Shown: positions 1-10,449, counted from the stretch's first letter. The stretch: DNA of 64,000 nucleotides from Luteolibacter sp. (GCA_044233125.1 JBIIKO010000008.1:20873-84872), one strand, 5' to 3'. Notes: generated by a model not told the origin, from the sequence alone. A program made the numbers and translations.

Positions 1-1
1 G

Positions 2-862
2 TCTTTAGAGGCGCAAGATAGAGCAATTAAAGACAAAGAGGTCGAGATAACCAAAGCTCACAAAGATTTCGCTACTAGAATTGCCGAGCTTGGCGCTCAA
101 ATAGAAGCATTCAAAACTCAGTTTGAAGCCCAAAAAGCACGCGTTGATGACCTTGTTACTACGCAATCTCAAGCCTTTCAAACAAGTCAAACCGAGCGAA
201 CAACTCTTTTTACACAAGAAACCGATGCTCGTAAGCTGTCATTCAATGAATGGACAATAAGCGCAGACGAGAAGCTGGCTACACTTTTGAAAGCGACTCA
301 ACTGACTGCGGATAAGCACCTAGGCGAAATGGATAAGCACAAGGCTCGTGCAAAAGAAATTCTGGGAATTGTGGCCGCCTCCGGAGTAAGCGGGCACTAC
401 AAGAATACCGCAACTCGGGAACTCATTTCCGCCGAGGCTTTACGTGTTCTAGCACTTGCCTGCTTTGGGGTAATGGCATACGTAATTTATCATGTAGTGG
501 AGTCGCTCTCCACGCCCGCATTCCGTTGGGAAATGGGACTTTTCCGAGTTGGGGTCGGTTTGGCATTATTAGTTCCTGCATATTACTGTGCGAAAGAATC
601 AGCCAAGCACCGTGAAGCGGAAAAGCGTAACCGTAGACTCCAAATCGAGCTGGCTACTATTGAACCATATCTTGAAAAACTTAATGACGATCCGGCCATG
701 CGCGAGATACTCAAAAAGAAAGCTGACAGCTACTTCATGGGACAGCTACAAAATGAACCCAATGATGACGTTGAAAACTCACTTGCCACAAAAGAACTTA
801 GACGCCGTGAAGATCAAGTTATGGATCTACTCAAAGCTATCGTCGCCGCTGTGAAGCGATAA
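2..862 (+). CDS. Coiled-coil membrane protein of unknown function (5' truncated by the window edge)
   Basis: The frame is open from position 2 (SLEAQDRAIKDKEVEITKAHK...) into the 287..862 ORF. Long heptad-rich helical N-terminus, two hydrophobic segments (VLALACFGVMAYVIYHVV; LFRVGVGLALLVPAYY) and a charged tail. Confidence 0.7.
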   Translation, partial: SLEAQDRAIKDKEVEITKAHKDFATRIAELGAQIEAFKTQFEAQKARVDDLVTTQSQAFQTSQTERTTLFTQETDARKLSFNEWTISADEKLATLLKATQLTADKHLGEMDKHKARAKEILGIVAASGVSGHYKNTATRELISAEALRVLALACFGVMAYVIYHVVESLSTPAFRWEMGLFRVGVGLALLVPAYYCAKESAKHREAEKRNRRLQIELATIEPYLEKLNDDPAMREILKKKADSYFMGQLQNEPNDDVENSLATKELRRREDQVMDLLKAIVAAVKR

Positions 863-883
863 TTCACAATCAGACTTCTCCCT

Positions 884-3800
884 ATGCCTACCACCGCACA
901 ACTTCGCACCCGACTCGTCGGCAAACTCAAGGAACTCTTCCAGCTCGATCATCCCGACCTAGATTTCGGCTTCTACCGCATCATGCACGCCAAGGCAAAG
1001 CAGGTGACGGAGTTTCTCGAAAAAGACCTTCTGCAGGTCATCGAAGATACTTTCGGTAATCAAGCCGAACAAAATTCCGCCGCAGCTCTCACCAATGCCC
1101 GCCGCGATTTAGAAGAAGCCCTTGGTGGCGACGCGCTCGATGAAAACGGTAACCTTAAGGAATCCTTCGCATCTCTGCCCGCCGGAAAACGTTATCTCGA
1201 AGCTCTAACAAAGGCAGCTGCCGCCAAGGATGCCCTCTCCGCCGAGGGTGAAATCTACGATCACCTCCACCGCTTTTTCGAGCGCTACTACGAGGACGGC
1301 GACTTCATCTCACGCCGCTACTTCAACCGGGAAACCGCAGGCCGTGCCGCGCCCTTTGCTATTCCCTACAATGGTGAAGAGGTGAAGCTCCATTGGGCGA
1401 ATGCCGACCAATATTACATCAAGACCGGTGAATACTTTTCCAACTTCATCATTGATCTCGCCAAGGCTCCGGAGGCCCCTGAAGAAATGAAACTGGAAAG
1501 CACGGACAGTCTGCTCGTCCACTTCCGAGTCGTCGATGCCGACGAGGGCGAGCACGGCAACGTCAAGGCCACCGACGCCACCAAGCGCTTCTTCATCCTT
1601 CATACCGACGACCCCGTGGGCTTTAATGACAAAGGCGAACTCGAACTGCGTTTCGAATACCGGCCCGATCCCGATAAGCCAGAGAAGTCACAAGAAGGAA
1701 CATGGCAGGAAGGCCTACGGACTCGCGCAGTCGAATCCTTGTTAGAAAAACTCGCCGCCATCCCAGATGCCGCTATTTATCGCAAGGTTCTCGCAGCCAA
1801 AGCGCCTACCGAGGCGAACCGAGATCGCACATTGCTCGCTAAATACCTCCACCAATACACAGCACGGAACACCTCAGATTACTTTATCCACAAGGACCTG
1901 GGTTCCTTCCTTCGCCGCGAGCTAGACTTCTATATTAAAAACGAGGTCATGCGTCTCGATGACATTGAAAACGAGGATGCCCCCCGTGTGGAATCCTATC
2001 TTGCCAAGCTCAAGGTTTTCCGTGCCATTTCCCGTAAGCTCATCGATTTCCTCGCTCAGTTAGAAAACTTTCAGAAGCGCATCTGGCTGAAAAAGAAATT
2101 CATCACCGAGACGAACTATGGCATCACCCTCGACCGTATACCCGAAGACCTCTATGCAGAAATAGCGGCGAACGACGCGCAGCGCGAAGAGTGGGTGAAG
2201 TTCTGCGGTATTGATGCAATCGAAGGCAAAGCTTCCGGCGATCTACTGCAAGCTGCCACGCCAGGCTATTCATCGCCGCTTACCATTGAGTTCCTGAAAT
2301 TCCAACCGCACCTCGTGCTGGATACCCGGCACTTCAGAGAGGACTTTAAAGCAAAGCTGGTGGATAGCATCGAGAATTTCGAGGAACAATGCGATGGGCT
2401 GTTGATACATTCTGAAAATTTTCAGGGTCTTCGTCTTTGCTCTCAAAAAACATCGCATGAAATCCAATCCATTTACATTGATCCGCCTTACAATACTGGA
2501 TTAGATGGTTTTCCCTACAAAGACGCTTACCAACACTCATCTTGGCTATCCGCGATGCGTCAAACGATCACCAGCCTAGTTGGCACGCTTAGTCGGGACG
2601 GTAGCTTTTTCTGTTCGATTGGAAATCATGAAGCGGCAAACCTTTGGTCGTTAATGAATACGATCATGGGATCCGAGCTTCATTACGCAACTCTCTGTTG
2701 GAAAGCTCGCGTCAAGCCAGTGAACATCGGAGATGCCAAGCTTCGTCCACAGAAAGAAAACGAATACGTTTTAGGCTATGAAGCAATCACAGGGAAGGCA
2801 CTTGGGTTTCCGATTTATTCAGGCTCTGAACGCACTTATCCCAATACGCTCGGAGAGAGAAATTACCGCTTGGCGACAATTTTAAAATCTAATCGAGGTG
2901 CCAACCGTCGCGACACTATGCGATTTGCCATCAATGGATATACCCCCCCTGAAGACCAACGTTGGCAAGGAGGTAAGGACTTCATCCAAGAACTCTTCGA
3001 TACTGGAAAAATCGAATTTCGTGACGGGACGCCTATGCGACGCTATTTTGAGGATGAAGAGGGTGCAGAGCATGATCCTTTTTATTGTTTTGTGGATGGC
3101 GAGCTTTCGGGTACATCCGAAGGCGGCAAAAACCGTCTAAATCACCAAGTTGGAAACCAACATGGCTTTGACACCGTTAAACCGGTTGAATTGATTCAAT
3201 TTATCGTCAAGGGGACTTCGTCTGAAAGTGGTTGTATCTTAGACTGCTATGGGGGTTCTGGAACTACCGCTGACGCCGTTATCAACCTCAATCGTGAGGA
3301 CAAAGGCAGTCGAAAATACATCCTCATCGAAATGGGCGACCACTTCGACACGGTGCTGAAGCCACGCATTGCCAAAGTAGTATATTCTCCCGATTGGAAG
3401 GAAGGAAAGCCGGTCACCCGCGACATGGGGATCTCCCACTGCTTTAAATACATTCGACTAGAAAGCTACGAGGATGCGCTGAACAACCTGCGATACGTCG
3501 AAAACTCAGAGCGCGACAAAGCTTTGACAGCTAACGAACCCCTGCGTCGTGACTACATCTTGAACTACCTACTCGATGTTGAGACCCGTGGCAGCCAGAG
3601 TCTGCTCAACATCGCCGCATTTACTGATCCCACCGCGTACAGGCTAAAAGTGAAGAAACCCGGAGCCAGCGGCAGTGTGGAGCAGGCCGTGGATCTCATC
3701 GAGACTTTCAACTTCCTCCTTGGCCTGCGCGTCGTCCACCTTGCTGCGCCGCTGCGCTTCAGCGCTAAGTTCAAGCGCGTGCCCGATCCCGACCTTCCAA

Positions 3801-4159
3801 AAGGCACCGACACCCGCCTGCAACTCGATGGCAAAATGAAGCAGAGCGCCGACGGCGCGTGGTGGTTCCGCAAGGTGGAAGGCTGGGTGCCCAAAGACCG
3901 CGAGAACCCGAACAATGGTCAGAAGGAAAAAGTTCTCATCGTGTGGCGCACCCTCACCGGCAACCTAGAAGAAGACAACCTGATGCTCGACGAGTGGTTC
4001 CAGAAAAACCGACTCAGCACCCGCGACTTCGAGTTTGATACCATCTACGTCAACGGGAGCAACAACCTACCCAATCTGAAGCTCGACTCCGACACCTGGA
4101 AAGTCCGCCTCCTCGAAGAGGAATTCCACAAAGCGATGTGGGACGTGCAGGATGTTTAA
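884..4159 (+). CDS. mod: Type III R-M DNA methyltransferase (Mod subunit, long form)
   Basis: Catalytic motif IYIDPPYN precedes the SAM-binding motif LDCYGGSGTT (beta-class order), with HxTVKP-like FDTVKPVELI. N-terminal ELFQLDHPDLDFGFYRIM is typical of this Mod family. A res-like helicase lies downstream. Confidence 0.9.
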   Translation: MPTTAQLRTRLVGKLKELFQLDHPDLDFGFYRIMHAKAKQVTEFLEKDLLQVIEDTFGNQAEQNSAAALTNARRDLEEALGGDALDENGNLKESFASLPAGKRYLEALTKAAAAKDALSAEGEIYDHLHRFFERYYEDGDFISRRYFNRETAGRAAPFAIPYNGEEVKLHWANADQYYIKTGEYFSNFIIDLAKAPEAPEEMKLESTDSLLVHFRVVDADEGEHGNVKATDATKRFFILHTDDPVGFNDKGELELRFEYRPDPDKPEKSQEGTWQEGLRTRAVESLLEKLAAIPDAAIYRKVLAAKAPTEANRDRTLLAKYLHQYTARNTSDYFIHKDLGSFLRRELDFYIKNEVMRLDDIENEDAPRVESYLAKLKVFRAISRKLIDFLAQLENFQKRIWLKKKFITETNYGITLDRIPEDLYAEIAANDAQREEWVKFCGIDAIEGKASGDLLQAATPGYSSPLTIEFLKFQPHLVLDTRHFREDFKAKLVDSIENFEEQCDGLLIHSENFQGLRLCSQKTSHEIQSIYIDPPYNTGLDGFPYKDAYQHSSWLSAMRQTITSLVGTLSRDGSFFCSIGNHEAANLWSLMNTIMGSELHYATLCWKARVKPVNIGDAKLRPQKENEYVLGYEAITGKALGFPIYSGSERTYPNTLGERNYRLATILKSNRGANRRDTMRFAINGYTPPEDQRWQGGKDFIQELFDTGKIEFRDGTPMRRYFEDEEGAEHDPFYCFVDGELSGTSEGGKNRLNHQVGNQHGFDTVKPVELIQFIVKGTSSESGCILDCYGGSGTTADAVINLNREDKGSRKYILIEMGDHFDTVLKPRIAKVVYSPDWKEGKPVTRDMGISHCFKYIRLESYEDALNNLRYVENSERDKALTANEPLRRDYILNYLLDVETRGSQSLLNIAAFTDPTAYRLKVKKPGASGSVEQAVDLIETFNFLLGLRVVHLAAPLRFSAKFKRVPDPDLPKGTDTRLQLDGKMKQSADGAWWFRKVEGWVPKDRENPNNGQKEKVLIVWRTLTGNLEEDNLMLDEWFQKNRLSTRDFEFDTIYVNGSNNLPNLKLDSDTWKVRLLEEEFHKAMWDVQDV

Positions 4160-4180
4160 AAATAACGAATAGTAAATCTC

Positions 4181-5317
4181 ATGGATAAAGAATTAGCACA
4201 ATATTACCGAGATGAGAATTCTCTGGATTGCTTGAGCATACGTGGGTTCAAGTCCATTCGTGAGTTGAATGATTTTCCACTTCGTAAGTTGAACCTTTTT
4301 GTGGGTGCCAATGGCACGGGCAAGAGTAACTTAATTTCATTTTTTCGCATGTTGAATGCCTTAATCGAAGGAGGACTTTCCGACTACGTGCGCAAAGAGG
4401 GGGGAATTGGAGATTTACTTTTCAATGGCCGGAAGGTCACAAAAAAAATGGAGTTTGAGACACGCTTCGGCCAGCGTGGATACCGCTTTAGTATAGAACC
4501 AGATGCAGGTGAAGGATTTGCACTTACAAATGAAGCGAGGTACTACGAACCAGGAACTACCGGATGGTGGATTCTTGGAAGCAGTGGAAACGATCAATCA
4601 CTTCTCGTAAAGGAAGCCACCGGAAACAGCACAGACAAACAATACAGTAAACCTGTTTACGCAGCTATACGCTCATGGCGCATCTACCACTTTCATGACA
4701 CTAGTTCTACTGCTCCGATGCGACATGCGGAAATTGTGCAAGATCACGCTGAACTTCGTTCAGACGCTGCAAACCTCGCACCCTTCTTGCTATGGCTCCG
4801 TGACAACCATGCTGATAACTACAGAGAAATTCTGGATGCCTGCCGCTTAGTGATTCCGTATCTCGATGATTTCATTCTACTACCCCAAGCCTATGGTCAA
4901 AAATCCATGGTGTCTTTGTCCTGGAAAACCAAAGGATCAGATTACCCCATGCAGCCATACCAGCTTTCCGACGGGAGCATCCGCTTTATCTGTCTAGCTA
5001 CCGCGTTGCTTCAACCCAACCCACCGGCGACGCTAATCATTGATGAACCAGAACTGGGGCTGCATCCGGAAGCCATCCGCATCCTCGCTGAAATCATCCA
5101 AAACGCATCGAAGCGAACGCAGATCATTATTGCCACCCAGTCACCGCTTTTCCTGGATCAGTTTTCGGTCGAAGATGTTGTGGTCGTAAACCGGAAAGGC
5201 GGTCAGTCCACCTTCGAGCGATTGAAGTCATCTGATTACGATGTCTGGTTAGAAGATTACTCCGTAGGCCAGCTCTGGACTAAGAACGTCATTCAAGGAG
5301 GAACCAGCCATGAGTGA
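4181..5317 (+). CDS. ABC-type AAA ATPase (AAA_21/COG4637-like)
   Basis: Walker A GANGTGKSN, signature-like QLSDGS, Walker B/D-loop IIDEPELGLHP and H-loop-like IATQSP. Confidence 0.88.
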   Translation: MDKELAQYYRDENSLDCLSIRGFKSIRELNDFPLRKLNLFVGANGTGKSNLISFFRMLNALIEGGLSDYVRKEGGIGDLLFNGRKVTKKMEFETRFGQRGYRFSIEPDAGEGFALTNEARYYEPGTTGWWILGSSGNDQSLLVKEATGNSTDKQYSKPVYAAIRSWRIYHFHDTSSTAPMRHAEIVQDHAELRSDAANLAPFLLWLRDNHADNYREILDACRLVIPYLDDFILLPQAYGQKSMVSLSWKTKGSDYPMQPYQLSDGSIRFICLATALLQPNPPATLIIDEPELGLHPEAIRILAEIIQNASKRTQIIIATQSPLFLDQFSVEDVVVVNRKGGQSTFERLKSSDYDVWLEDYSVGQLWTKNVIQGGTSHE

Positions 5318-5990
5318 TTACGTGGAAGTTGTGATCATCGTGGAGGGTCCTACGGAGCAGAAATTCGTTAAAGGTCTGCTCGCTCCCTATATGTTCGAAC
5401 GGGGTGTCTTTCTCACCGCAATCATTCTGGACAAGCCGGGAGAAAAGGGCGGGGACGTTAAGTTTGCAAGAGCGCAGAACGACATCGAAAAACACCTCAA
5501 GCAACGCTCCGACACCTTTCTTAGCCTAATGGTGGACTTCTATGGCATCAGAGGGGACTGGCCTGGGTATCACGAATCGAGAAAGCAAACCTGCCATCAC
5601 CAAAAAGCCAAAATCATGAACGAGGCTACCGCTGCCGCCGTTATGAAGTTATTTCCTGAGCAACGGCCCGAGAAGCGCTTCATCCCCTACGTGTCGATGC
5701 ACGAAATCGAGGCCTTGTATTTCAGCGACCCCACCGCTCTGGCAACTAAACTCGGTATAAGACAAAAATTAATTGATGCAATCCTCACCGACTGTGGGGA
5801 ACCGGAGAAAATTAACAACGACAGTGAGACAGCACCCTCAAAGCGGCTAGAGAAGCTTTCGGACACGTTTAAAAAGACTGCTACCGGCATCGCCATCGCC
5901 GAAGAAATCGGCATCGCGAAGATGCGGCCAGCCTGTCCGCTTTTCGACGCTTGGTTGACGACTTTGGAGAATCTCAAGACGAAATCTTAG
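5310..5990 (+). CDS. DUF4276-family (TOPRIM-like) protein
   Basis: N-terminal IIVEGPTE acidic motif, MVDFYG, FIPYVSMHEIEALYFSD, PEKINND, APSKRL and CPLFDAWL match the DUF4276 pattern. Overlaps the ATPase gene by 8 nt. Confidence 0.8.
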   Translation: MSDYVEVVIIVEGPTEQKFVKGLLAPYMFERGVFLTAIILDKPGEKGGDVKFARAQNDIEKHLKQRSDTFLSLMVDFYGIRGDWPGYHESRKQTCHHQKAKIMNEATAAAVMKLFPEQRPEKRFIPYVSMHEIEALYFSDPTALATKLGIRQKLIDAILTDCGEPEKINNDSETAPSKRLEKLSDTFKKTATGIAIAEEIGIAKMRPACPLFDAWLTTLENLKTKS

Positions 5991-5991
5991 T

Positions 5992-8900
5992 ATGCCAGCC
6001 AAAAAAGCCGCCACCAAGAGAGCCACGAAGCGCGCCCGCAATGCCGGTGCGGATGGGGCTCAACCGCACAAATTTCGACACAAGTTGCTCCTAAACCAGT
6101 GGCTTATTAGCCTTTTCGGTATCGACCCCTTCCGCGCACCGAATGTTCCCGGCATCGCCAAGCCATTGCCCTTCCACGCTATTTCCTCGTCGATTCGTGA
6201 TCCCCGCATGGAAGGCATGGATCAGGATGGATTGCATCGTTTCTATCACAACCTAGCGAACAGCCAGCTTTTTTGGGGAGAGCAATGCGTCATCACCCGC
6301 GAGCAACTTCGCAGCTATGAGGAAAACATTGTTCGCTACACACGGGTTCTCAACGAGAAACGGGACCGACCCATCGCATGGAAGTATTACCAGTGGCTTA
6401 CATTGATTTTCGTAGAGATCTATCTCGACCGCTATTTCCGCAATGCCGAACAACTACAAGCCGATCTGAACGCCTTTGTGAACCGTTTCAACAAGGAGTG
6501 GGACACCTACGCTAACATCGCACCCTACGCCCTCGATGACTTGAACAAGGTTTGCATCCAGAATGCGACGGGAAGCGGCAAGACCTTGGTGATGCAAATC
6601 AATGTCATGCAGTTCCGCCACTACGCCGGAAAAGCAGGCAAGGATCTCCCTCGCACCATCCTGATCACGCCGAATGAACGGCTAAGCGAACAGCACATCG
6701 CCGACCTACGTCGTGCCGGTTACTTTGTCACCGAAGGCGTGAAGCCGGGAGCGCAGACGATGCTCAACCAGATCGATGTCATCGAAATCACGAAGCTCGG
6801 TGACAAGGATGGCCCGAAGACCATCGCCACCCGCAACCTCGGCGATGAGAATCTTCTGCTTGTCGATGAAGGACACCGAGGACTCTCGGGAAACAAAGCC
6901 AAGGATGAAGGTGCGTTTTTCTCCCGCCGTGCGGCTCTGTGTGCGAAAGGTTTCACCTTCGAATACTCGGCGACCTTCGAGCAGGCTGTGAGTGGAACCA
7001 ACCATGAAGACGACTACGCCAAGACGATCCTGTTCGATTACAGCTACCGCTGGTTTTACGAAGATGGTTTCGGCAAAGACTATCAAATCCTGAATCTTCC
7101 TGCATCGCATCAGACGGCCGAGAATACCTACCTCATCGCCTGCCTGCTGAAATTCTACCAACAGCTTCGCATCTACGAGGAGCGCAAGGACACCTTCACG
7201 GCATTCAACATGGAGAAACCAATGTGGGTTTTCGTCGGCAGCACGGTTTCCAAAGCGAAGGGATCGGGCGACGAAAAAGCCGTGGCGGCAGACGTGGCCC
7301 GCATCGTCCAGTTTCTCGCCAGTTTTCTATCAGATCCCAAGGGGGCGGCACGATGGATCGAACAGATCGTGATTGGAAACGGTCAGCAAACCGGCCTACT
7401 GGACGCTGATGGTAACGACATCTTTGGAGGCTCGTTCAACTACCTTGCGGAGGCAGTAGCCGGCGAATCATTCGAAGAACTCTATCGCGACATCCTAAGC
7501 CGAGTATTTCACTGTCCCGCCGGTGGGCTACTCTCGCTCAGCCGGGTGAAGGGTGATGCCGGTGAGGTTGTTTTGAAGGTTGGAAATTCCGACGAACCAT
7601 TCGGTCTAATCAACGTCGGCGATGCGAAAGGTCTCTGCGATCACATTGAAGAAATCGCCCGCGACCACGAAACGCAGCTCACCGTGGACGAGAGTGATTT
7701 CACGGAAGCGATGTTTGCGAGCATCAAGGAATCCAGCTCGCCTGTGAATGTTTTGATCGGTTCAAAACGCTTCGTCGAGGGCTGGGACTGCTGGCGCGTC
7801 AGTACGATGGGCCTGATGCACGTCGGAAAAAGTGAAGGCACTCAGATCATACAGCTTTTCGGACGCGGAGTTCGCCTCAAGGGTTGGGAGTGGAGCCTCA
7901 AGCGCAGTGGCCATACCCATGCGCCGAATCGCCCGCAGTGGATCGAGGAACTGGAAACCCTCAACGTCTTCGGCGTCGAAGCTGATTTCATGGAGAAGTT
8001 CCGCGAGTTCCTCAAAGACGAAGGACTTCCCGGCAACGAGCGGAAGAAGACCATCACGATCCCACTCAACGTCACCTTTGATTTCGGCAAGAAGCTCAAG
8101 GTCATCCGCCCCAAGCTCCGCGCCGATGGATCACGCGAATATGATTTCAAGCGCGACGCCAAAGTGCCGACTCTCGGCGATCTGCCGGAATACCTAACGA
8201 CTCATCCAATTGTTTCGGATTGGTATCCGAGAATTCAGTCCGTCGTCTCCAAGAATCGAATTAATATCACAGACAAGAACCGTGCATTTCTAACAGCGGA
8301 GCATCGAGCCTTCCTGGATTTCGACGAACTCTATTTCGAGGTGGAAGCCTACAAGCGCGACCGTAGCTGGTATAACCTGAACGCCTCGCCGAGCGGAATC
8401 CGCGAACTGCTTGCGGACGTCACTTGGTATGACCTTCGCCTGCCGCAAACCCATGTTTCACCCAACGACTTCAATGGTATCCGCCTGCTTCAGGAGGTCG
8501 CCAAGGAACTGGTGAAGCGGTATTGCGAACATCTCTACAACTACAGGAAGCGCGAATACCTGGAACCGAGATTGGAAATCCGTGATCTGGAACGCTCCGA
8601 CGACAACCTTCCGCAAGACGAGTTCTATCAGCTCATCGTGGACGGCGACGCAAGCACGGTCATCGAGGCCATCGAGCGGGTGAAGAAGGACATCGAGGAG
8701 CACAAGGACGAGCTACTCTCTGCCGGAGACCTCTCCGCTTGCACCTTCGGCAAACATCTATTCCAGCCGCTCTTCCACGTCCGTAAGGGAGGCAAGATCA
8801 CGATCCTACCCGTGGCACTTAACGAAAGCGAATATCAGTTCGTCACGGATTTGGCGGAATGGTGCAACGCGAATACCCAACGCATGGAGGATGATGGAAT

Positions 8901-9273
8901 GGAGATATTTCTTCTCCGTAACCAAAGCCGCGGCAAAGGCGTCGGTTTCTTCGAAGCTGGCGGCTTCCATCCCGACTTCATCCTTTGGGTTCTCACTCCC
9001 GGCCATCAATACGTGAACTTCGTAGAGCCACACGGCATGCTCCGCGAAGGCCCTGGAAGCGAGAAAGTTCAATTCCACAAGCGCATCAAATACCTCGAAC
9101 AGCGTCTGGAATGCAAAGACGTCAGTCTGAACAGCTTCATTCTATCATGGACCAGATTCCCTGAGCTTCAGTGGGGCCTGACCAGAGAGGAGATGGAGAA
9201 GCAAAACGTCTTTTTCATGACCGATGACCGAGACAAATACGTTTCCAAGCTCATTTCCGCGATACATAAATAG
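5992..9273 (+). CDS. res: Type III restriction endonuclease (Res subunit; SF2 helicase + PD-(D/E)xK-type nuclease)
   Basis: QNATGSGKT (Walker A), LVDEGH (Walker B), FEYSATF, EGWD, QLFGRGVRL and C-terminal FHPDFILW...FVEPHG nuclease motif. Starts 1 nt after the DUF4276 stop. Confidence 0.88.
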   Translation: MPAKKAATKRATKRARNAGADGAQPHKFRHKLLLNQWLISLFGIDPFRAPNVPGIAKPLPFHAISSSIRDPRMEGMDQDGLHRFYHNLANSQLFWGEQCVITREQLRSYEENIVRYTRVLNEKRDRPIAWKYYQWLTLIFVEIYLDRYFRNAEQLQADLNAFVNRFNKEWDTYANIAPYALDDLNKVCIQNATGSGKTLVMQINVMQFRHYAGKAGKDLPRTILITPNERLSEQHIADLRRAGYFVTEGVKPGAQTMLNQIDVIEITKLGDKDGPKTIATRNLGDENLLLVDEGHRGLSGNKAKDEGAFFSRRAALCAKGFTFEYSATFEQAVSGTNHEDDYAKTILFDYSYRWFYEDGFGKDYQILNLPASHQTAENTYLIACLLKFYQQLRIYEERKDTFTAFNMEKPMWVFVGSTVSKAKGSGDEKAVAADVARIVQFLASFLSDPKGAARWIEQIVIGNGQQTGLLDADGNDIFGGSFNYLAEAVAGESFEELYRDILSRVFHCPAGGLLSLSRVKGDAGEVVLKVGNSDEPFGLINVGDAKGLCDHIEEIARDHETQLTVDESDFTEAMFASIKESSSPVNVLIGSKRFVEGWDCWRVSTMGLMHVGKSEGTQIIQLFGRGVRLKGWEWSLKRSGHTHAPNRPQWIEELETLNVFGVEADFMEKFREFLKDEGLPGNERKKTITIPLNVTFDFGKKLKVIRPKLRADGSREYDFKRDAKVPTLGDLPEYLTTHPIVSDWYPRIQSVVSKNRINITDKNRAFLTAEHRAFLDFDELYFEVEAYKRDRSWYNLNASPSGIRELLADVTWYDLRLPQTHVSPNDFNGIRLLQEVAKELVKRYCEHLYNYRKREYLEPRLEIRDLERSDDNLPQDEFYQLIVDGDASTVIEAIERVKKDIEEHKDELLSAGDLSACTFGKHLFQPLFHVRKGGKITILPVALNESEYQFVTDLAEWCNANTQRMEDDGMEIFLLRNQSRGKGVGFFEAGGFHPDFILWVLTPGHQYVNFVEPHGMLREGPGSEKVQFHKRIKYLEQRLECKDVSLNSFILSWTRFPELQWGLTREEMEKQNVFFMTDDRDKYVSKLISAIHK

Positions 9274-9284
9274 ACACCGCTTGA

Positions 9285-10322
9285 ATGAGCCTCGTAACCA
9301 TGAAAACATCTATCAAATCCACCGCTACTATCTGGGGAATCCACGCAGGCCAAACCGGAGACGCGGCATCCCTTTTCCTCTCTCATAACTGCGTCGCCCT
9401 TGGATGGCATAGCATGGGCGACCTTTCCAAGCTCGCACCCACGCGCGATGCTTACAAGATAGCGGTAGCGCAGATTTATCCCAGCAAGAAGGCAGGTGCT
9501 ATACCAAACAACGCAGGGCAACTTTTCCGATTCGTGCATGAAATGAAAGTGGGCGACCTAGTAGTTTTCCCAAATAAAATGGATCGTAAAATCTATCTTG
9601 GCGAAGTGATTGGTGAATACGAATACAATCCAAAGTTAGAATCTGGCTACCCTAATATCCGGCAAGTGAAATGGCTTAAAACCCTAGACCGTACGGTTTT
9701 GACCCAGGGCGCGCTATACGAAATCGGCAGCGCCATGAGTCTATTCCAAGTTAAGACCTACGCCGACGAGTTCCGTTCAGCTCTCAAAGGCGAAATTATC
9801 ACCCCGCTCGTCTCCGAAGACCTCACTATACCCAACGTGACCGCCGACATCGAAGAAACAACCCGCGACTTCGTTCTCAAACGCCTATCTCAAGAATTGA
9901 AAGGGTTGCCGATGGAGAGCTTCGTCAAACACCTCCTCGAATGCATGGGATACCAAGCACGGCTTGCCCGCAAAAACGAACCCAGCGTTGATATTATCGC
10001 GCACAAAGACCACCTTGGCATCGAACCACCAATCATCAAAGTTCAGGTCAAGAGCGGTGACGGCACGATCACCGATAAAGATGTGTCCGCTCTCTTCGGC
10101 AAACTTTCGCAAGGCGAATACGGGCTCTTCTTTACCCTTGGTAATTACTCGCCCCATTGCAGGAATTTCGAGCAAAGCAAATCCAACCTGCGCCTGATCG
10201 ATGGTGAAGAACTCGTGGATCTGATCTTCCAACACTACGAAAAATTCGACTCCCGCTATAAGAGCGTCCTCCCTTTGCGGCGTATTTACGTCCCAGAGCT
10301 TATCGATGACTCAGGAGAATAA
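9285..10322 (+). CDS. Mrr-like (type IV) restriction endonuclease with N-terminal PUA/EVE-like domain
   Basis: C-terminal Mrr_cat motifs (VDIIAHKD...IKVQVKSG...GLFFTLG...LRLIDGEELVDL). N-terminal WGIHAG...VALGW...MKVGDLVVFP domain. Confidence 0.8.
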   Translation: MSLVTMKTSIKSTATIWGIHAGQTGDAASLFLSHNCVALGWHSMGDLSKLAPTRDAYKIAVAQIYPSKKAGAIPNNAGQLFRFVHEMKVGDLVVFPNKMDRKIYLGEVIGEYEYNPKLESGYPNIRQVKWLKTLDRTVLTQGALYEIGSAMSLFQVKTYADEFRSALKGEIITPLVSEDLTIPNVTADIEETTRDFVLKRLSQELKGLPMESFVKHLLECMGYQARLARKNEPSVDIIAHKDHLGIEPPIIKVQVKSGDGTITDKDVSALFGKLSQGEYGLFFTLGNYSPHCRNFEQSKSNLRLIDGEELVDLIFQHYEKFDSRYKSVLPLRRIYVPELIDDSGE

Positions 10323-10449
10323 ACGAACACCAAATGTAACTACATCTATACAACCACGACATCGATAAGTTAGAATTCAGATTTCCCAACGCTCAAGAAT
10401 ACGTGAGTAATGGATTTCTAATAGTAAGTAATTCCAATCTAACTTCATG

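Noticed and set aside
8960-9040. Res nuclease inactivated (EPH instead of ExK)
   Set aside because: PD and E are retained; a His/Lys variation alone is not enough to call loss of function without an alignment.
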